From Euglena gracilis (Eukaryota), in NCBI GenBank assembly GCA_039621445.1, contig CP154954.1:25308954-25372953 (forward strand): a stretch of 64,000 nucleotides of DNA, written 5' to 3'. Made by a program: the position numbers and the translations under genes. A model generated the notes under the pieces. The model made no database searches. It was not told the DNA's origin and was given only the letters and a program-made list of their open reading frames with translations. Positions 1 to 13,300 of the stretch are shown here, piece after piece. Position 1 is the first letter of the stretch; every line of letters begins with the position of its first letter.

Positions 1-459
1 CCAGATATCCAAGCCCTTGCATCATTTATCTCAAGCACGCATTCATTGAACAGTTTAACCTCGAATGAACCCCTCTCCCGAGCTTGTTCAAGAGTTGGGG
101 AGGCAGGCCGTGTCAAGGCGCAATCCGGCCAGGTCTTTATTGTGTTATTCAAATGCTTGTTCAATTTTGTGGGTGGGTGGGTGGGTGGGTGGGGCGAGTG
201 GGCCCACCACCCCCAACTGGGAGGACGGGGAACCTCTTACTTGTAACCCCTCTTCAAGTCGACAAACCAGAGGTGATACCTCTTCATACCCCAACCCTGG
301 TGATGCAAAATGAAAGGTTAGTGGCATAAAACCTAAACTGGTTTTCGCATTTCTTTTTCTGCCAAAATTTGTGAAGGATGGAATTTTTTGACGCAGGTTT
401 TTAACGTGTGATTCAATATTTGATTTAAATTAGATTTGTGATTTGATTTAAAATTATTG

Positions 460-870
460 TGTTCAGTTTACTGGCCATCATGGCTGTAGGCAACCTTGAC
501 CCTCATTGTTCCATCTGGGACACTGGGTTAAACCTGAGGCAGAGCGACACTTTTTGTCCGTTGTCTTCAATTTCAACTCCCTGCCTTCCACCCCACCAGC
601 ACCACCCCCCCAACCGCTGGGTAGGCAGCCGCCCCAAACATTATCTACACACTGACATAAACCCAGTACCAGCTTATACCACTCCTCGCAGCAGCGGTTG
701 CTGCCCCCCACACGACGTCCTGTCTGTGGTCGGGGGCAGGGGCCCTGCACCCGCATATGGGTGACCTGCTCGTCCCTCGTATTCATTCAGTAATGCCCCA
801 TGCTGTGGTGTGTCCTCACATGGCCAACTTCCAGTGAACTGGAGATGGTCGACCGAGGACAGTATGGAGG
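460..870 (-). pseudogene. Possible RLE-domain relic of a CRE-like non-LTR retrotransposon
   Basis: Fragments VDHL, RP..DV and GRELKLKTTDKKC resemble the CCHC-RH-RPD-E..K..KY layout. 672-850 is paralogous to 21846-22020. Confidence 0.35.
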
Positions 871-2255
871 CAAATACATTTAATTGCTTTTTTTTGTGTT
901 TTTTTATTTTGACAAGATTTGTTTCTTGCTCGTTTGTGTGTGTGTTTTCCTGGTGGTTTTTTCTTTTTTGTGAGGAAGTTTTTTCGACTCGGATAAAATT
1001 CACATTTTGGGCCTAATTTTTCCGTGAGACCAACCACCGTTTTTTGAAGTTGCTTTTTTTTAAAAAAAAATGCAATTTTTCAGAATCAGCATATTCCCAA
1101 AACCTATTCAAAATACACAACAAAATATTTTGGCACATCATGTATATGCAACCATATGCATAATGTTGCATATGGTTGCAAATTTTTCCTGGAGAAGGCT
1201 GACAATCTTCTCTGCAGCAGAGAACCGGGAGCTCCTGGAGGAAGTTGCATGGAAACTCGCGGTTTTTTGCGTTTTTCAGGGTCCATTTTGTGTTTTCCCT
1301 CCCCCGCGTTCCTTGGGCAGTCTTTACTCGGTGTGGGGTCAATGGAGCCACGGGATGGGCCATGTGTCGCGTGTGTGACAGCGCACATGAGCACCAGCCC
1401 AAGGGAAATTGATTCCCAATGATTCCAAGGAAGGCGCGCGTGCAGTGCAAAACTGTGTCATGAACAGCTGGCTGGCTGGCTTGCCAATCCATGGTGGCGC
1501 AAAGGGAGAGCGTGGCACAGGGAAGGGAGGGGTGGGCGTCCAATCCGCCAGGCTATCGCTTAAGGGTTTTCAGCACCCCCCCCCCCCCCAGGGGGGAGAT
1601 GGAATGCCGCTGGTAGCTCATAGCAGCCGGAAGAATCCCCCCCCCGGGTCATTTCTTGCGAATGGGAGAAGGGTGAGCTTGGCTGCCCGCTCCTGCCGGC
1701 GCCGGGTGATCCACATCGGGGGAGGGCTGCGTCGTGGGGGCTGGGGGATCGGGTTCCGGCTCGGGGACGCTGCTGCTGGCGCCCCTGCTGTCCTGTACAG
1801 GGGTGGGGGGCATTGGTTTGGGACCTTGGGACCACACCACGCTCCCCTCCTCCCTGACCGATGCCCCCATCCAACTGCTCCGTATGGCTCCGAAGACGCT
1901 CTACTCCATCCGCCGACACGAGTCACTTCAGCTTGGGCCCATCTCACCACACTGATCACCTTTTCCCTCCACCGCCCCCCCATAAGCGCCTCACAGCAAC
2001 GGTTCCTGCCATGACTGATGTTGTGCCCAGGGGCGTTCATTTGGAGTGTGCTGCATCTGTTGCCGTTGCTGCTTTTTTTGAGTGGCAGGGGGAGCTCACT
2101 CTGGTTTGGCCACAAATTCACACAAATTCACAGAGATTACTTAAAAAATGTGTTGTTTCCCCCAATATAACGTTAAATTCTATGAATGGCCACATGTTGC
2201 ATCCCTGAAATCTTATGCGGTACAATCTTTGTTGTTTTTTTTTTCTTCACTGGTA

Positions 2256-2508
2256 CACCCCCCCCTGTCGTACGACCACCCCTCATTTACGACCACCCCC
2301 CCGGTCACAGGTTGCAGGTCGTGGGGGCGTTAAGACTCCCCCGGTCACAGGTTGCAGGTTGCGAAAAATTTAACACCACCTTACCTACGACCGCCCCCTC
2401 ATTTACGACCCTCCCCCGGTCACAGGTTGCAGGTCATGGGGGTGTTACAACCCCCCCCCCCCCGGTCACAGGTTGCAGGAACCCGGTCGTGCGACAAGGG
2501 GGGGCGGG
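2256..2508. mobile_element. MITE with TA TSD (Tc1/mariner-like)
   Basis: TIRs CACCCCCCCCTGTCGTACGACC / GGTCGTGCGACAAGGGGGGGCGGG flanked by TA. Four internal CCCGGTCACAGGTTGCAGG repeats. Empty site in the paralog at ~44837. A partial relative lies at 35586-35710. Confidence 0.85.
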
Positions 2509-3520
2509 TAGGATACAAAAAAAACAAATAAAAAGTCTTTATCTACTACTAATTGCTCATATATATTTATGATTTAACTGGAGTGGTACGGTGGGTTTAT
2601 TTTACTGCTAAATCAGCACACAATCCCAAATGGCATTGATGTTTTTGTTTGTGTTTGTTGCATCCACCCGATACCAACCTCCTCGATGCAACGACCAAGC
2701 CCTTCTTTTCAAAGTGCCTGGTGATCAGAGTCAACAGATGAAATATACACCTCTTCTTTTGAGCTATTGCATTCTTGTTTAAAATGGGCATGGCTTTGTT
2801 TGACTGAAGCATTCGAAGTCCTCAGGAGCTTGAATGAGGCCTGTGATAATTGTATCTGCCGGAGAAAGCAGGTCAAGCACGTTGTGTCTTGCTTCCTCTC
2901 AGCAATATTTCCCCTCCACCCCCAGGCTTCCTGTTCTGCTGGCACGCTCACACCTGACAACGGGTTGCATGATGCAAACCTGCCCATTTGACTCGTTACC
3001 CACGAAGACAGTAACATGGCGGAAGTTGTTCCAGAATGATTTTAATTCAATTTAACAAATTGCAAATGCATTCCCCACATCGTGGACGTTCAACGACCCC
3101 TAGGTCTTACAAAAGGCAATGCAGTCATTCACAGTGAAGAACAGGCTTAAGTGTATGTTTTGCTGACGAACTCTGAGGCTTTGCTGCAAAGCACCTCTGT
3201 CTCCAAGGAGGTGCAGACTGTGGCACCTCCTTATGAACATCAGGAATAACAACAATGACTGAAAATTCAAATCTAGTCTTTCCCATTGTACATTTGTTTT
3301 GCCCCCGCTGGGCACTTAGCCCCCTCCTCCTTTCATTCAAACTTGGCCTACAGTTGGCCTTCGGTCTTAACTTGCAATCCTGGCCCCCCATTTTTGAAGG
3401 TTTTTGGCCTATGTTGCATTTGTCTCGCCGAAATTCTTCACATACAAATATGGCCCCCATAAGCTTGACCCCCTGGCCTTGCCTTCAATCATAGCCCGGG
3501 CCAAGCACCAAGGGGAGGTA

Positions 3521-3757
3521 AACCCCCTCCCCCCTAATAGAAGCACGGGTGCGCTTATAGGGGACCGCCGCCCCCGGCAGCAGGGGGTGCGCTTCTATTT
3601 GGACCCTACCTGCGCGATTTTTGTTGATTTCCTTTAGAAATCCCATCAAAATGGGGGGTGCGCTTGTAGCGGACCGCCGCCTTCGGCGGCGGGGGGTGCG
3701 CTTTTATTTGGACCCTGCGCTTGTAGCGGCCCCGTGCTTCTATTAGGGGGGGGGGTT
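3521..3757. mobile_element. MITE with TA TSD (Tc1/mariner-like)
   Basis: TIRs AACCCCCTCCCCCCTAATAGAAGCACGGG / CCCGTGCTTCTATTAGGGGGGGGGGTT flanked by TA. A single TA is present at the paralogous empty site 48889-90. Confidence 0.9.
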
Positions 3758-5562
3758 TATGCCAAGGAAGAACCCACCTCTGCTGTTCTCATCTTTGCTG
3801 TTTTTTTCTTATTTTTTTGCAATACCCCCCCCTGCGCCAAGGTCGAGTGTAAAGCGTCTTCGTCCCTTGCCTGTGCCATGGCATGTTCATTCTTGTTTGT
3901 TAAATGCCTGTGGTTCCCTTAGTTCAAAAACACTCTTTATAGGAAATTTCTAAACCTAATTCTAAAGCTTTCTAAACCTACTCTCATTTTTTCATTCATG
4001 GGAATTGTCAGACGCCTTAAATGATAATGTTTGTTTGTGCATCTGTCAGGTCCCACGACATCCCAAAAGAAACGTGCAAGGCAGTTTGTGCAGGATTCTG
4101 TCGTCATTAGCGCACAATATGTCTTTTGGTTCCACTTTGGAAAATTTCTGAAGAAGTTGCTTTATTTCAGGCCAATGGAGGTCAGGGATTGCAAGTGCCC
4201 TTGATGACTCATACATGATCTTTTGCCGGATGTAGCACGTCAGAAGACGTCCAACCCCCGACAATGGTTCAACAGTTGTAGGGTGTGGTCAGTCGACGAA
4301 TTGTTCTTCCGTACCCTGCGACTCCACTTATCCCTGAGAGCCGCTTTGTGAATGGCCTTGCCAACAAATTTCCTGCTCCATCTGATATGTGAGTCTGATT
4401 TGGACGTTTGCACCATCCACAAACCCAGTGGTAGGACCCTGGTAGGAATTGCTTGATCAGAGAGGTCCACGGCCAAACGTTAATCCCAGGAGCTGTATGG
4501 GTGGCGGTGCAACCATCCTTCCGGAAATGACCCTGAAGTGAACTTCCGGAAGTGACCCAAAGTGCATGGGTTTCGGGCCAAAAACATAGGGCCGGGGGGT
4601 CGAAAAACGTTCATTTTCGTTCATTTTTGGCTCAAAAACAGTTTTTCTGGGTCCAGGAGACTCAAAAATTGTCTGTATTGTTGTTATTGTATTTCGGGCA
4701 AAATATTTTTCCCGTTTTTTTCCAATTTGTGGGTGGGGGTCCGACCCCCCACTCTTTGTTCTTTTTCCTGCGGCGGTTTTTTAGGTGAACTTTTCCTTCC
4801 ACCCCTTCAGTGCAGAAGGAATTTTAGTTTGCGCGGTGCCAAGGGGTGGTCTGGCCATTGTCCACTTCCTGGGTGGGGAGTTGACCCCACCAGGCCTTCC
4901 CGTACCGTCCTGGAGGAGGCACAGTTGGCCTGCCTTCTTTCTGATTGATTGCCAATCTTTTATTTTTTGGGCAGGGAAATGACAATGGTGTTGAATGAAT
5001 TTTGGAGCAAATTTTGGGGCGGAAAGCACCGGAATCGTTATGTTATTCATTTTTCTAAGTTTTATTGGGCATCCCCATCATGGCCGAGCTTTAATTTGTG
5101 CTGGTTCCTTTTTAAGGAAGTGTGCACCCTCCCCCAGGGGGGGGGGGGTGGGTGTTATGGGCAGGCAGGGAGGTGCCTGCTATGGTCAGGCCTCCCATAG
5201 CACAAGGCATCCCTAGGGTTGGTAAAAAAAACAACCCCAAACACCCCAGGTTGTTGTTGCAATCTTCCCTCCCTCTGATGATTGTCTCCTCCCAATTATT
5301 TCCAGCTCATATCATCCTCAAAATTGTGCAAGTCAACTGTCTCAAAAAATTCCTTTCTCTGTGGGGACTCTGCACCCAAGGGCGTCCATCCAGCCAGCTC
5401 CGTTTTTTTTCCCAGCCAGCCATCAGCTCCCAGCCTGACTGCGGAGCCCCCCCCCCCCAGAATCCGCTTGGAAGCTCAGCACAAGGCTGGACCGAAAATT
5501 TTGAAAGGGGTGTCAAAAATAACCAGAAATGGTGTATTTGGGAATTTGGGGGATTTGTAAAT

Positions 5563-5760
5563 TACCCCCCCCCCCGCGGGCGCTTGGCCCCCCTCCTCCT
5601 TTTATGCAAACCTGGCCTCCCCCTAAAGTTGGCCTTCGGCCTTTTGTACATGGCATGTACATTTTGTACATACAAAATTCTTGACATGCAAAACTTGGCC
5701 CCCATAAGGTTGGCCCCCTGGCCTTACCTTCCATCACGGCCAAGCACCCAGGGGGGGGGG
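5563..5760. mobile_element. ~200-bp MITE family (CCCC.GGGCGCTTGGCC...GGCCAAGC.CC.GGGG)
   Basis: Imperfect TIRs. Related copies at ~3300-3518, ~14552-14745, ~45660-48888 (split by transposon copy 3) and ~54270-54430. Confidence 0.65.
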
Positions 5761-7240
5761 ACCAACCTGGTCCAACTGGCAGTCGACCGTACCCCCCCCC
5801 GAACCCCCAACCCTCAGGGTCCAAACAACACCATTTTCCAGCCGGCTGGCTGGACCAGGGGGTATTATTTTTAAGATGTATTCTCAATTTTTCAAAATTT
5901 TAAAACTGCTTTTTTAACCTTTTTTACGGCGTCGTTTTTCAAGGGAAGTCCAAGGGTCATCCCACCATCGAACGGGGTCCAAAATCAAAGAAGTCTCCAT
6001 TTTTTTTTCGAGTTTGGGTAGAGAATGATCCAGTGATGCCAGAAATCATTTTTTCCCGGAATTGGCTTGCTTTTGCCGAGATTTTGCGACTACATTTTCG
6101 CCTCGAATTTCAAAATTTTCGCCAGAAGAATTAGTTCAGGTGTTTCTTTGAACGGGTTTCACAGCATTTTGACCCAAAATTCTAAAGCTTTTTTTTTGGG
6201 GGGGGGAAAGGGTTTTAAGGATTTTTAACGTGCCTTAAAAAATACCGTCTGGGCCGGACCCCTCCCACCACGAGGTACGCAAGATATCCCCTGTTTTGTG
6301 TCCCAGCCCGAATGATTGATCCAGAGAGAGGCGTTTGAAAGTTGGGTTTGCTTTTTTTTTTGAGCATAGCTGCCCCATGACCTCTGGTTCTCCAAGGACC
6401 ACTGGATCCACATCGCACCCACAAGCCAAATGCCGGCGTACCTTCCCCTCCCCACGTGATGCCCACCAGCTTAGACGACCCCCGCAGCTTTTTATATTCC
6501 GATTTTTTTTTAGCTCATCCTTCCCGGAGGAGTAACGGATATGCCGACACCCCGTGTTCCACCCGATGGTATTCCCTATTCGTTCGCCCTCAGAGCGTTG
6601 TTTAAGAATGTTTGACACCCTGACCCCGTTTTCTGGGGGGGACGGGCTGTCCCGCCAGCCGGCTGCAACTTAGCCTTGGACCCTCCTCCCTCCCATCGAC
6701 AGGCATTATTTTCTCTTCGGGCGGCTGGCGGGAACGGTTTCTTTTTGGCTTTCGAAGAATTTTACGAGATTTCAAATGTTTTTTTGGTACTGTCCCCCCC
6801 ATTCGGCCCAGTTCCTGCTGTGGACCCCCATGGAGGGGGTCAGCCAACACCCAGCACCCAGCCAGTCCAAACTTTCCAGGCTCTGAGTTGAACCCACGGG
6901 AATTGCTAAGTGACTCTCTGGTCGGCTGGTACTTTGGTGGAGGGGTTTTTTCATGTCTCGTCTTTGATCGTTTTGGGTTTTTGGGGGGACTGGATATCTA
7001 AACACCATTCATAAAACTGACAAGAAACGGTGTGTGGGGCAAAGGTGTGTGTGTGTGTGCAAAGGTGGTGGCAATGTGGTGCAGGGCAGGACGTGGTGGT
7101 TGGTGGTCCATAATTTCACAGAATTGATTGTGGATTCGGAGGATAAAATGGAATGAGATTGAGTGGGCAGGCCCAAGGTAATGGTGGGGAAAGGGGTTGG
7201 CAAATATTTTTTTCTGGTGGTGAAAGCTTGACTGAATGGA

Positions 7241-10200
7241 TTTAGGCGCCCGGATTCGCATTTAAGCTTTTTTTTTCTTTTAAGCTTTTCGTGTTGGTTT
7301 GTGCACGTGCGCAAATTAACGAAATTTTTCATTTGGGTTTGAAAACACGGTGATAAGAGAGTCAACAAATGAGCAAAATTGTGTTTTTGGCGGTGTGACC
7401 CCTGGGACTTTGGCAAAAAAATGGTGTTTTTGTGGGGTCCGGAAATGGGCTCTGTCGAAACCCCCGATAAAAAAGCAAAAAAGCAGCACAGGAACGCCGG
7501 GTGTCCTCTAACTGCCGCCGGCGGTGTGTGTCGTGAGTGTTTGCCAGACTGCTTCGCTTGTGCCGCGTGATTGTGGTGTATTTTGTTTCTTTGGCAAAAG
7601 CGCGCGCGGGAAGTGCCGGGGTGTGTGGGTGTGGTGTGGCCAAGCCGGTGCGCAGGGCGTTGTTCATGCTAAGGCGCGAATGAACCCTTTTGAAATTCTG
7701 GAATTTATGTAGGCAGTTGATTTGCTCCTTGGAGCCCATGAGCAACTTGATGCGCACATGAACCACGAGCGATTTGCCGGCGTTTGACGGTTGTGTATTT
7801 TGTTACGTTCATGGACTATTCAGAATTCATGAACATAATTTTGCTTGTGCGCGCATTTGCGCCCATAAACACATTTTTGTCTGTGCGAGCTTCAGCGCCT
7901 GCGAACCGACGCCATCCAAAAACGTTGTGACAAATCCACCAAATTATGTTTCTGCACAGCCCATAACTGGTAATAAGCTGGTCCACGCCATCACGGTCCC
8001 TTTGTCGCGCTGTTTATCGACGGTGTCAATTCATGGACGCTAAAGCCTAACCCTTGAAGAACAAAACTGTGTTTATGGGCGCAAATGCGCGCACAAACAA
8101 ATTTATGTTTCTGCCCCAATGAACACAATTTTGTCCTTCAAGGGTTGGGCTTCTGCTTCCGGTGCAACAAAACTGGTTGTGCGGATCCCGGGCATAAATT
8201 GGGTGGAAGACACCCATCCCTTTCATTCCTGTGGACCCCCCTCTTTCTTCCCCCTTTGCATCATTTGCCAAACACCACGCACTTACCTTCGTGACGCGTC
8301 TTAGGGTAAATGAACAACCAATGGAGGAATAAAGGCAAAATTATTTGGTCCTCCAACAAACGCCATTCACTGGCTTCTGAAGGGGTTCAACCCCAACGGC
8401 CACACCTTCTCCTCCAACCCCTGGTATTATGGGGCCAATTCTGGTCTAGTGACAGGTCCCACGAAAGATAGAGACAGAGGACCTCCTGAAGGTGGGTGCA
8501 CAACCACCCGATAACCATGGACGTCCGCCGGCACCGATTTTAGGATCCCAAAGGCCCTGCCACTGGCCCGCTGCTTGGGCTCCGCTGCTGCAGCCACATC
8601 AGCTGCTGATGCTTCAGCACCCGCCAGGCTGGCACCGACCTGCACGGTGCAACAGCATCCACCGAAGCGACCACGGTATTCCCCGCAACAGGGGCGTGAG
8701 ACTGGCGGGACGACGTGGTACGAGTTCATGGCAACCGGCAGCCGGAGAGAAAGCCAGTTCTTGAACGCTGGTTATTTGGACGTAGGATGTGTTGAACCTT
8801 TACCACTCGATTGGTTGCATGAAAGCGGTGGGAGACTTACCCCCCACAAATATGCACAAAAACTGGTGTGTTGCATGTTTTCCCAGGGGGGAAAAAAGAG
8901 GAAATACAGTGGAGAATACCAGAAAATGTATTCCGGCCTGACGCATCCCGGGTATTTCAGGTCCAAAATGTTGTTGTGTGAATTCTTGTAACGCAACACT
9001 GTTGCAGAAAAAGCGTCCAACAGTCACAGGTCGTTTGCACGTCATCAATTACCCTTAACTGCCAAACCGATGCAGCAAATGTTTGCCTGTCAGATGCCGC
9101 GTTCTATGTGCATTACACATTACCTCTGTACGTATTGTGCACTATCTCTCACCAGAAATTTCATTGCCACGCCATCGCGGCGCACAACCAATGGTTGGCG
9201 CACGCAACTGCGTTCGCCAGCCGTCACAAACGAGGAGATGGTATCGCACAATTTATATATGTGTTCGTGCACACATTTGCGCGCACAAAGAAAATTTTGT
9301 TTGTGTGCGTTTAGGCTCGTACAGATGCATCATTTTGAAGTGAATGAGTAAATGTTAGTGGGCGCATTTGCGCGCTTTGTTCGTGCGCGCAAATGTGCAC
9401 ACAAACACGTATCACGTTTAAAAACCTCGTTGTGGTGATCCTCAGTGTCCTTTAGCATGAACATGTTGTGTGTCTGCGCCAATGCACAGACCATCCGCAT
9501 ATCAATTTCCCAAGTGGTTGCATTTGCGCGCACAAGCAAAATTTGTTTGTGGGCGCTTCAGCGCGCAAGGACATGTCATTTTAATTTCAACGTTTGGCGT
9601 TGTGCTCACGCAAATGCGCCCACAAACAAAATTTATTTGTGCGCGCCATCAGTTGCATGACGGCTGGCCAACACAGTATGTAGTGTGTGATGTAATATTG
9701 CTACTTGTGCCCTGGCCAGTTCAGGCACCGCGTCAGCACCAGTACCAATTGTAATAACGGCGGGTGCGTACTTCCCACCAGTTTGGCATACAAGAGCACC
9801 AGTCTGACCCTCGGCCCTCCTCGCCTCACTCGGTAAGCAGCATGCATACAAGACAACCTGGAGTTACAGTACGTAGTTATATAGTTACATATACGTAGTT
9901 ACTGCGTCACTACGGAGCTCGCGCTTCTGTTTACAACGCCGCCGGAGATGGAGGACTGTCATACCGAGAGGAACTTTTCCCAAGCCATTGGCGGTCATCC
10001 GGCAGTCTCTCACCGAAGGGCTGCGTAGTAAAATGCGGGTCGTTGAAGTCCAAACAACTTCCAAGTCCAACCAACCAACCAACAAAGGTCCACCATGGGC
10101 CTTTGTTCGTGGTGCTTTGGCCATATGGATCGCATGGCTTAAGAGGCTGACGCAGGCGGCATGCTTCCACCTCCCCGTTGATGGACAGAGTACCCCTCCA

Positions 10201-10327
10201 ATACAGGGTTGCAACAGTTCATCAATTGTTTTCCATGTGTCAGGGTTCAGGGTCCCAGGGATTTCGTAAAAATAAAGCATTTCCGTTCTAAAGAAGGAAC
10301 CCTTAAGAGCGATTCCGGCCGCTTATG
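7241..10327. mobile_element. Non-autonomous TIR DNA transposon (CTTAGG family), copy 1
   Basis: Termini TTTAGGCGCCCGGATTCGCATTTAAG / CTTAAGAGCGATTCCGGCCGCTTATG. 5-bp TSD ATGGA at 7236-40 and 10328-32. Interior is homologous to copies 2 and 3. Confidence 0.85.
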
Positions 10328-13300
10328 ATGGATGCAAGCTTCCACATTTGCACTTTTGGAAGCGAGGGGATAAGAATTGAAAATTTGCATTTTTTTGCAT
10401 AATGTTTTGCATAGTGAAAAGAACGTTTTTCCTTGCCATTTTTTGAAAAAAAATTGAAGAAATTTTCGGGAGGTTTCGGGAGGGGGAAATTGTCTTTTTG
10501 GGGCACTGCCTCCCAGCATCTCGTTTTCTGTGGCTGCCCTTTCTTCCCCTTTTTTTAGTTTTTTTTATTATAGATTTTTAAAAAACACTGAGCTCTGCGT
10601 AGAAGTAGCTTTTGTGACAGCCCCGGATCTCTGTCTGTCTGGGCCCCCAGAGTTGGCTGATCCAACCCAATTAGGACTCTTTCTCGATTTGGGCTTTGTT
10701 TTCAGCTGGTGGCTGTTCATAATTTTGTGACCAACAGCGAGGTTTCGAGACTATTATTTCATGCTGTTTGATGAGGATGGTACAAAAATATTGGTTCGGT
10801 TGGAAGCCTCCCTCCCCCGGAGCCACTCTCGCCATTACATTAGCCTGACCCCGGTACTCGGGAGCACGGCCATGTCCCAGTTCTGGGTCAAAGGAGTCAG
10901 AGCACCCTCCTCCACCAACCAATGGAACCCCTCCTGGAATGCCTGGAATGCAATGGAACTTGTCATGCACCTCAGGTTTTGGCGCTTGGAGTGTTTATAG
11001 TGGTCAGGGTTTCATTTGAAGGCAGGTGCCATTTTCACCCACTGCTACATCAACCTAGGGGCGAAGCGGGCCAACGAAGCGGGCCACGGGCGGCGGCGAC
11101 TTTGTGCGTGCCCCTGCGCGGCGTTGGACCGGGAGGGAGGGACTTCACCCCACCTCGCCGCCGTCATCGCCAGCCTCCCTCCCCTGCGCTGCTCTCCGCC
11201 GTTTGTGCCCAACCCTGCGGCTCGCTGCCTGGGTCGGTGGTGGGGTGGTGCTGGTCAATAACCTCCAGCGACAAATCCCAACAAATCCCGACAAATCCCA
11301 ACAATCCCAACAAATCCCAACAACAGCACCAAAAAAAAAAGCAACAGCAACAACAGCAAAATTTTTTTTCCAACGAGATGAAATTGCTCAAAGAGGATTG
11401 TTTTTCTGGTCATTGGTTTACACAACCCGTTTTTTTTTTGCTATCCTTGTTTTTGGTGTCGCCTTTTCAGGGGGCGTTTTGAAAATGAGAGCTTAATGTT
11501 TTTTTGGGGGGGTTAAAGAACTCATTGCTGGAAAACGCGAAAAAATAAAATGTATTTTGGCTACAGAATACCCACACCATTGGCCTTAATCATGGTTTTA
11601 GGTTTGACCAAAGTCGACAATTTTTGTTCTGTTTATTGTATACCCCCTTGTACTTGGCACTGTGCCCCCCGTGTCAACTGCATTTTCCCCGTATTTTGTT
11701 GGGTCAAGGACTAGGGGGGGGGGGGTGTACAAGGCCTCAGAAAGATGCTTGGCAAAGTCGACTCGATGGAATCGCTTTGGGACTGCTTGAAATCCTCCAA
11801 TTGTTTTGGGGCTTTGTTGCACCTTCGCTGTTCTCTGGCCCAATGTTCGTCTTCCGAACATGGGGGGCGGCAGCTGGCAGTGTACGCCCCTTTATGGTTT
11901 TGCAGACCCAGGGAGGGCGTTGCCAGAGAGGTGCTGCGAGAGCGCACCCTCGGTGTCTCCGATGCTCCGGTGTCCAAAAGTCATTCAGAAGGGAATTCTG
12001 CCTGGTTGAGACTCTGTCCCCCCGGTTGGTCCGCCGCACATAACGTGGGATTTTTTCAACCGCCCGTTCCCATGGCTTGCATTAATGAGCCCCATGTGCT
12101 AGTAACGAGCCCAGCAACTGCTTGGTGGGCCACGGGTGGCGATGCGCTGTCCCTCCTCTGCCTGTGAGACCATGAGAGGTGGTTGGCCTGCGCTGACCCC
12201 TGCTGTGACAGCAGGACACCGTGGTGCAGCTGCCTCTCGAGTTCAAGGCACACCGCAAGCAGGTTTTTCTCTTTGATCGGTATCTTTTCCTGGACCATCC
12301 AGAATCAAGTTTTGTCGCAAGGTTGCCATTCCGGATGGAGATGGGAATAGCTGATGACGAAGACCAAACTGGTCAGCGGCGAACTCCTTGTGGTCCGTGG
12401 CCATATATTCACTTAGCACCTGCGTGACCCCTCCGGGATTTCACGAATGGGTGGGTGGGAAGGTCGTTGGGGCGGTGTGCTCCATGGGCAGGCTTCTTTT
12501 TTTTTTTGGTAAGTTTGCCCCCAGGGAGTGACAAGGGCAGGCAGGAGGTTAGGTCATCAACCAGGGAGGTCGCGTTTTGGGCGTGGGTCGTGCTTTAGCA
12601 CACCCACCGAAAATTGGCTTGGTTGGCAGGTGCCGGGGCCGAAAAACTGACTCTCCTCGGGGGGGGGGGGGGGGGGGGAGGTTCCTGCTATGGGCAGGCA
12701 CCCCATATCACGAGGCACTCCCTCCCCCCTCCCACGGTAGGTAAAAAGAACCTTGGCCATGGGTCAGTCCCACCTGTGTGAAGCTTGGGCTGGAAAAAAA
12801 AGTTTTTTCGAGTGTTTTCAGCCAAGTTTGGGTGAGCTTTGGGTGGGTGGGTGGGTGGGTGGGCGCCCCCTCCAGGGGGAGACCGTGCACGGGTCCGTTT
12901 TCGAAAAAAAGTGGGCGGGTTTGGGCCTGGAAAAAGTCCCCCCCCCCACCCAGAGGCTAAGCGGAAGTGGTCAGTATTTGTATCTGCAATGAGAATGCTG
13001 CTGCTGGCGTCGTCGCAAGCTGCTTTCATACATTTCGACCCACAGGCAGAGGAAGTGGAAAAACCTTCAGCGAAAAATGAAAATTCCGTCACAGGGAAAG
13101 TTGAAAAACCTTCAGCGACACATGAAAATTCCGCCCGCTTCTTCCAGTTAACAGCGCACCGTATGATGGCCTGAATGCCAAACACACGTGGCGCACAAAC
13201 GGTCTGCCATTTCCTCGCTTTTTGTTTCCATGTCTCTCCTTGCAATGCCCAGTTCAGGCTGGATTGGAGGATCAATGCCACCAAGGGGGGGTGGTGACAT

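Noticed and set aside
7241-7250. TTAGG at transposon ends as a telomeric repeat
   Set aside because: A single unit only, embedded in a longer TIR and flanked by TSDs. No telomeric array.
12350-12390. CTGATGA hammerhead core
   Set aside because: No GAAA with stems, and the core is not conserved in the paralog at ~52265 (CTGATGG).
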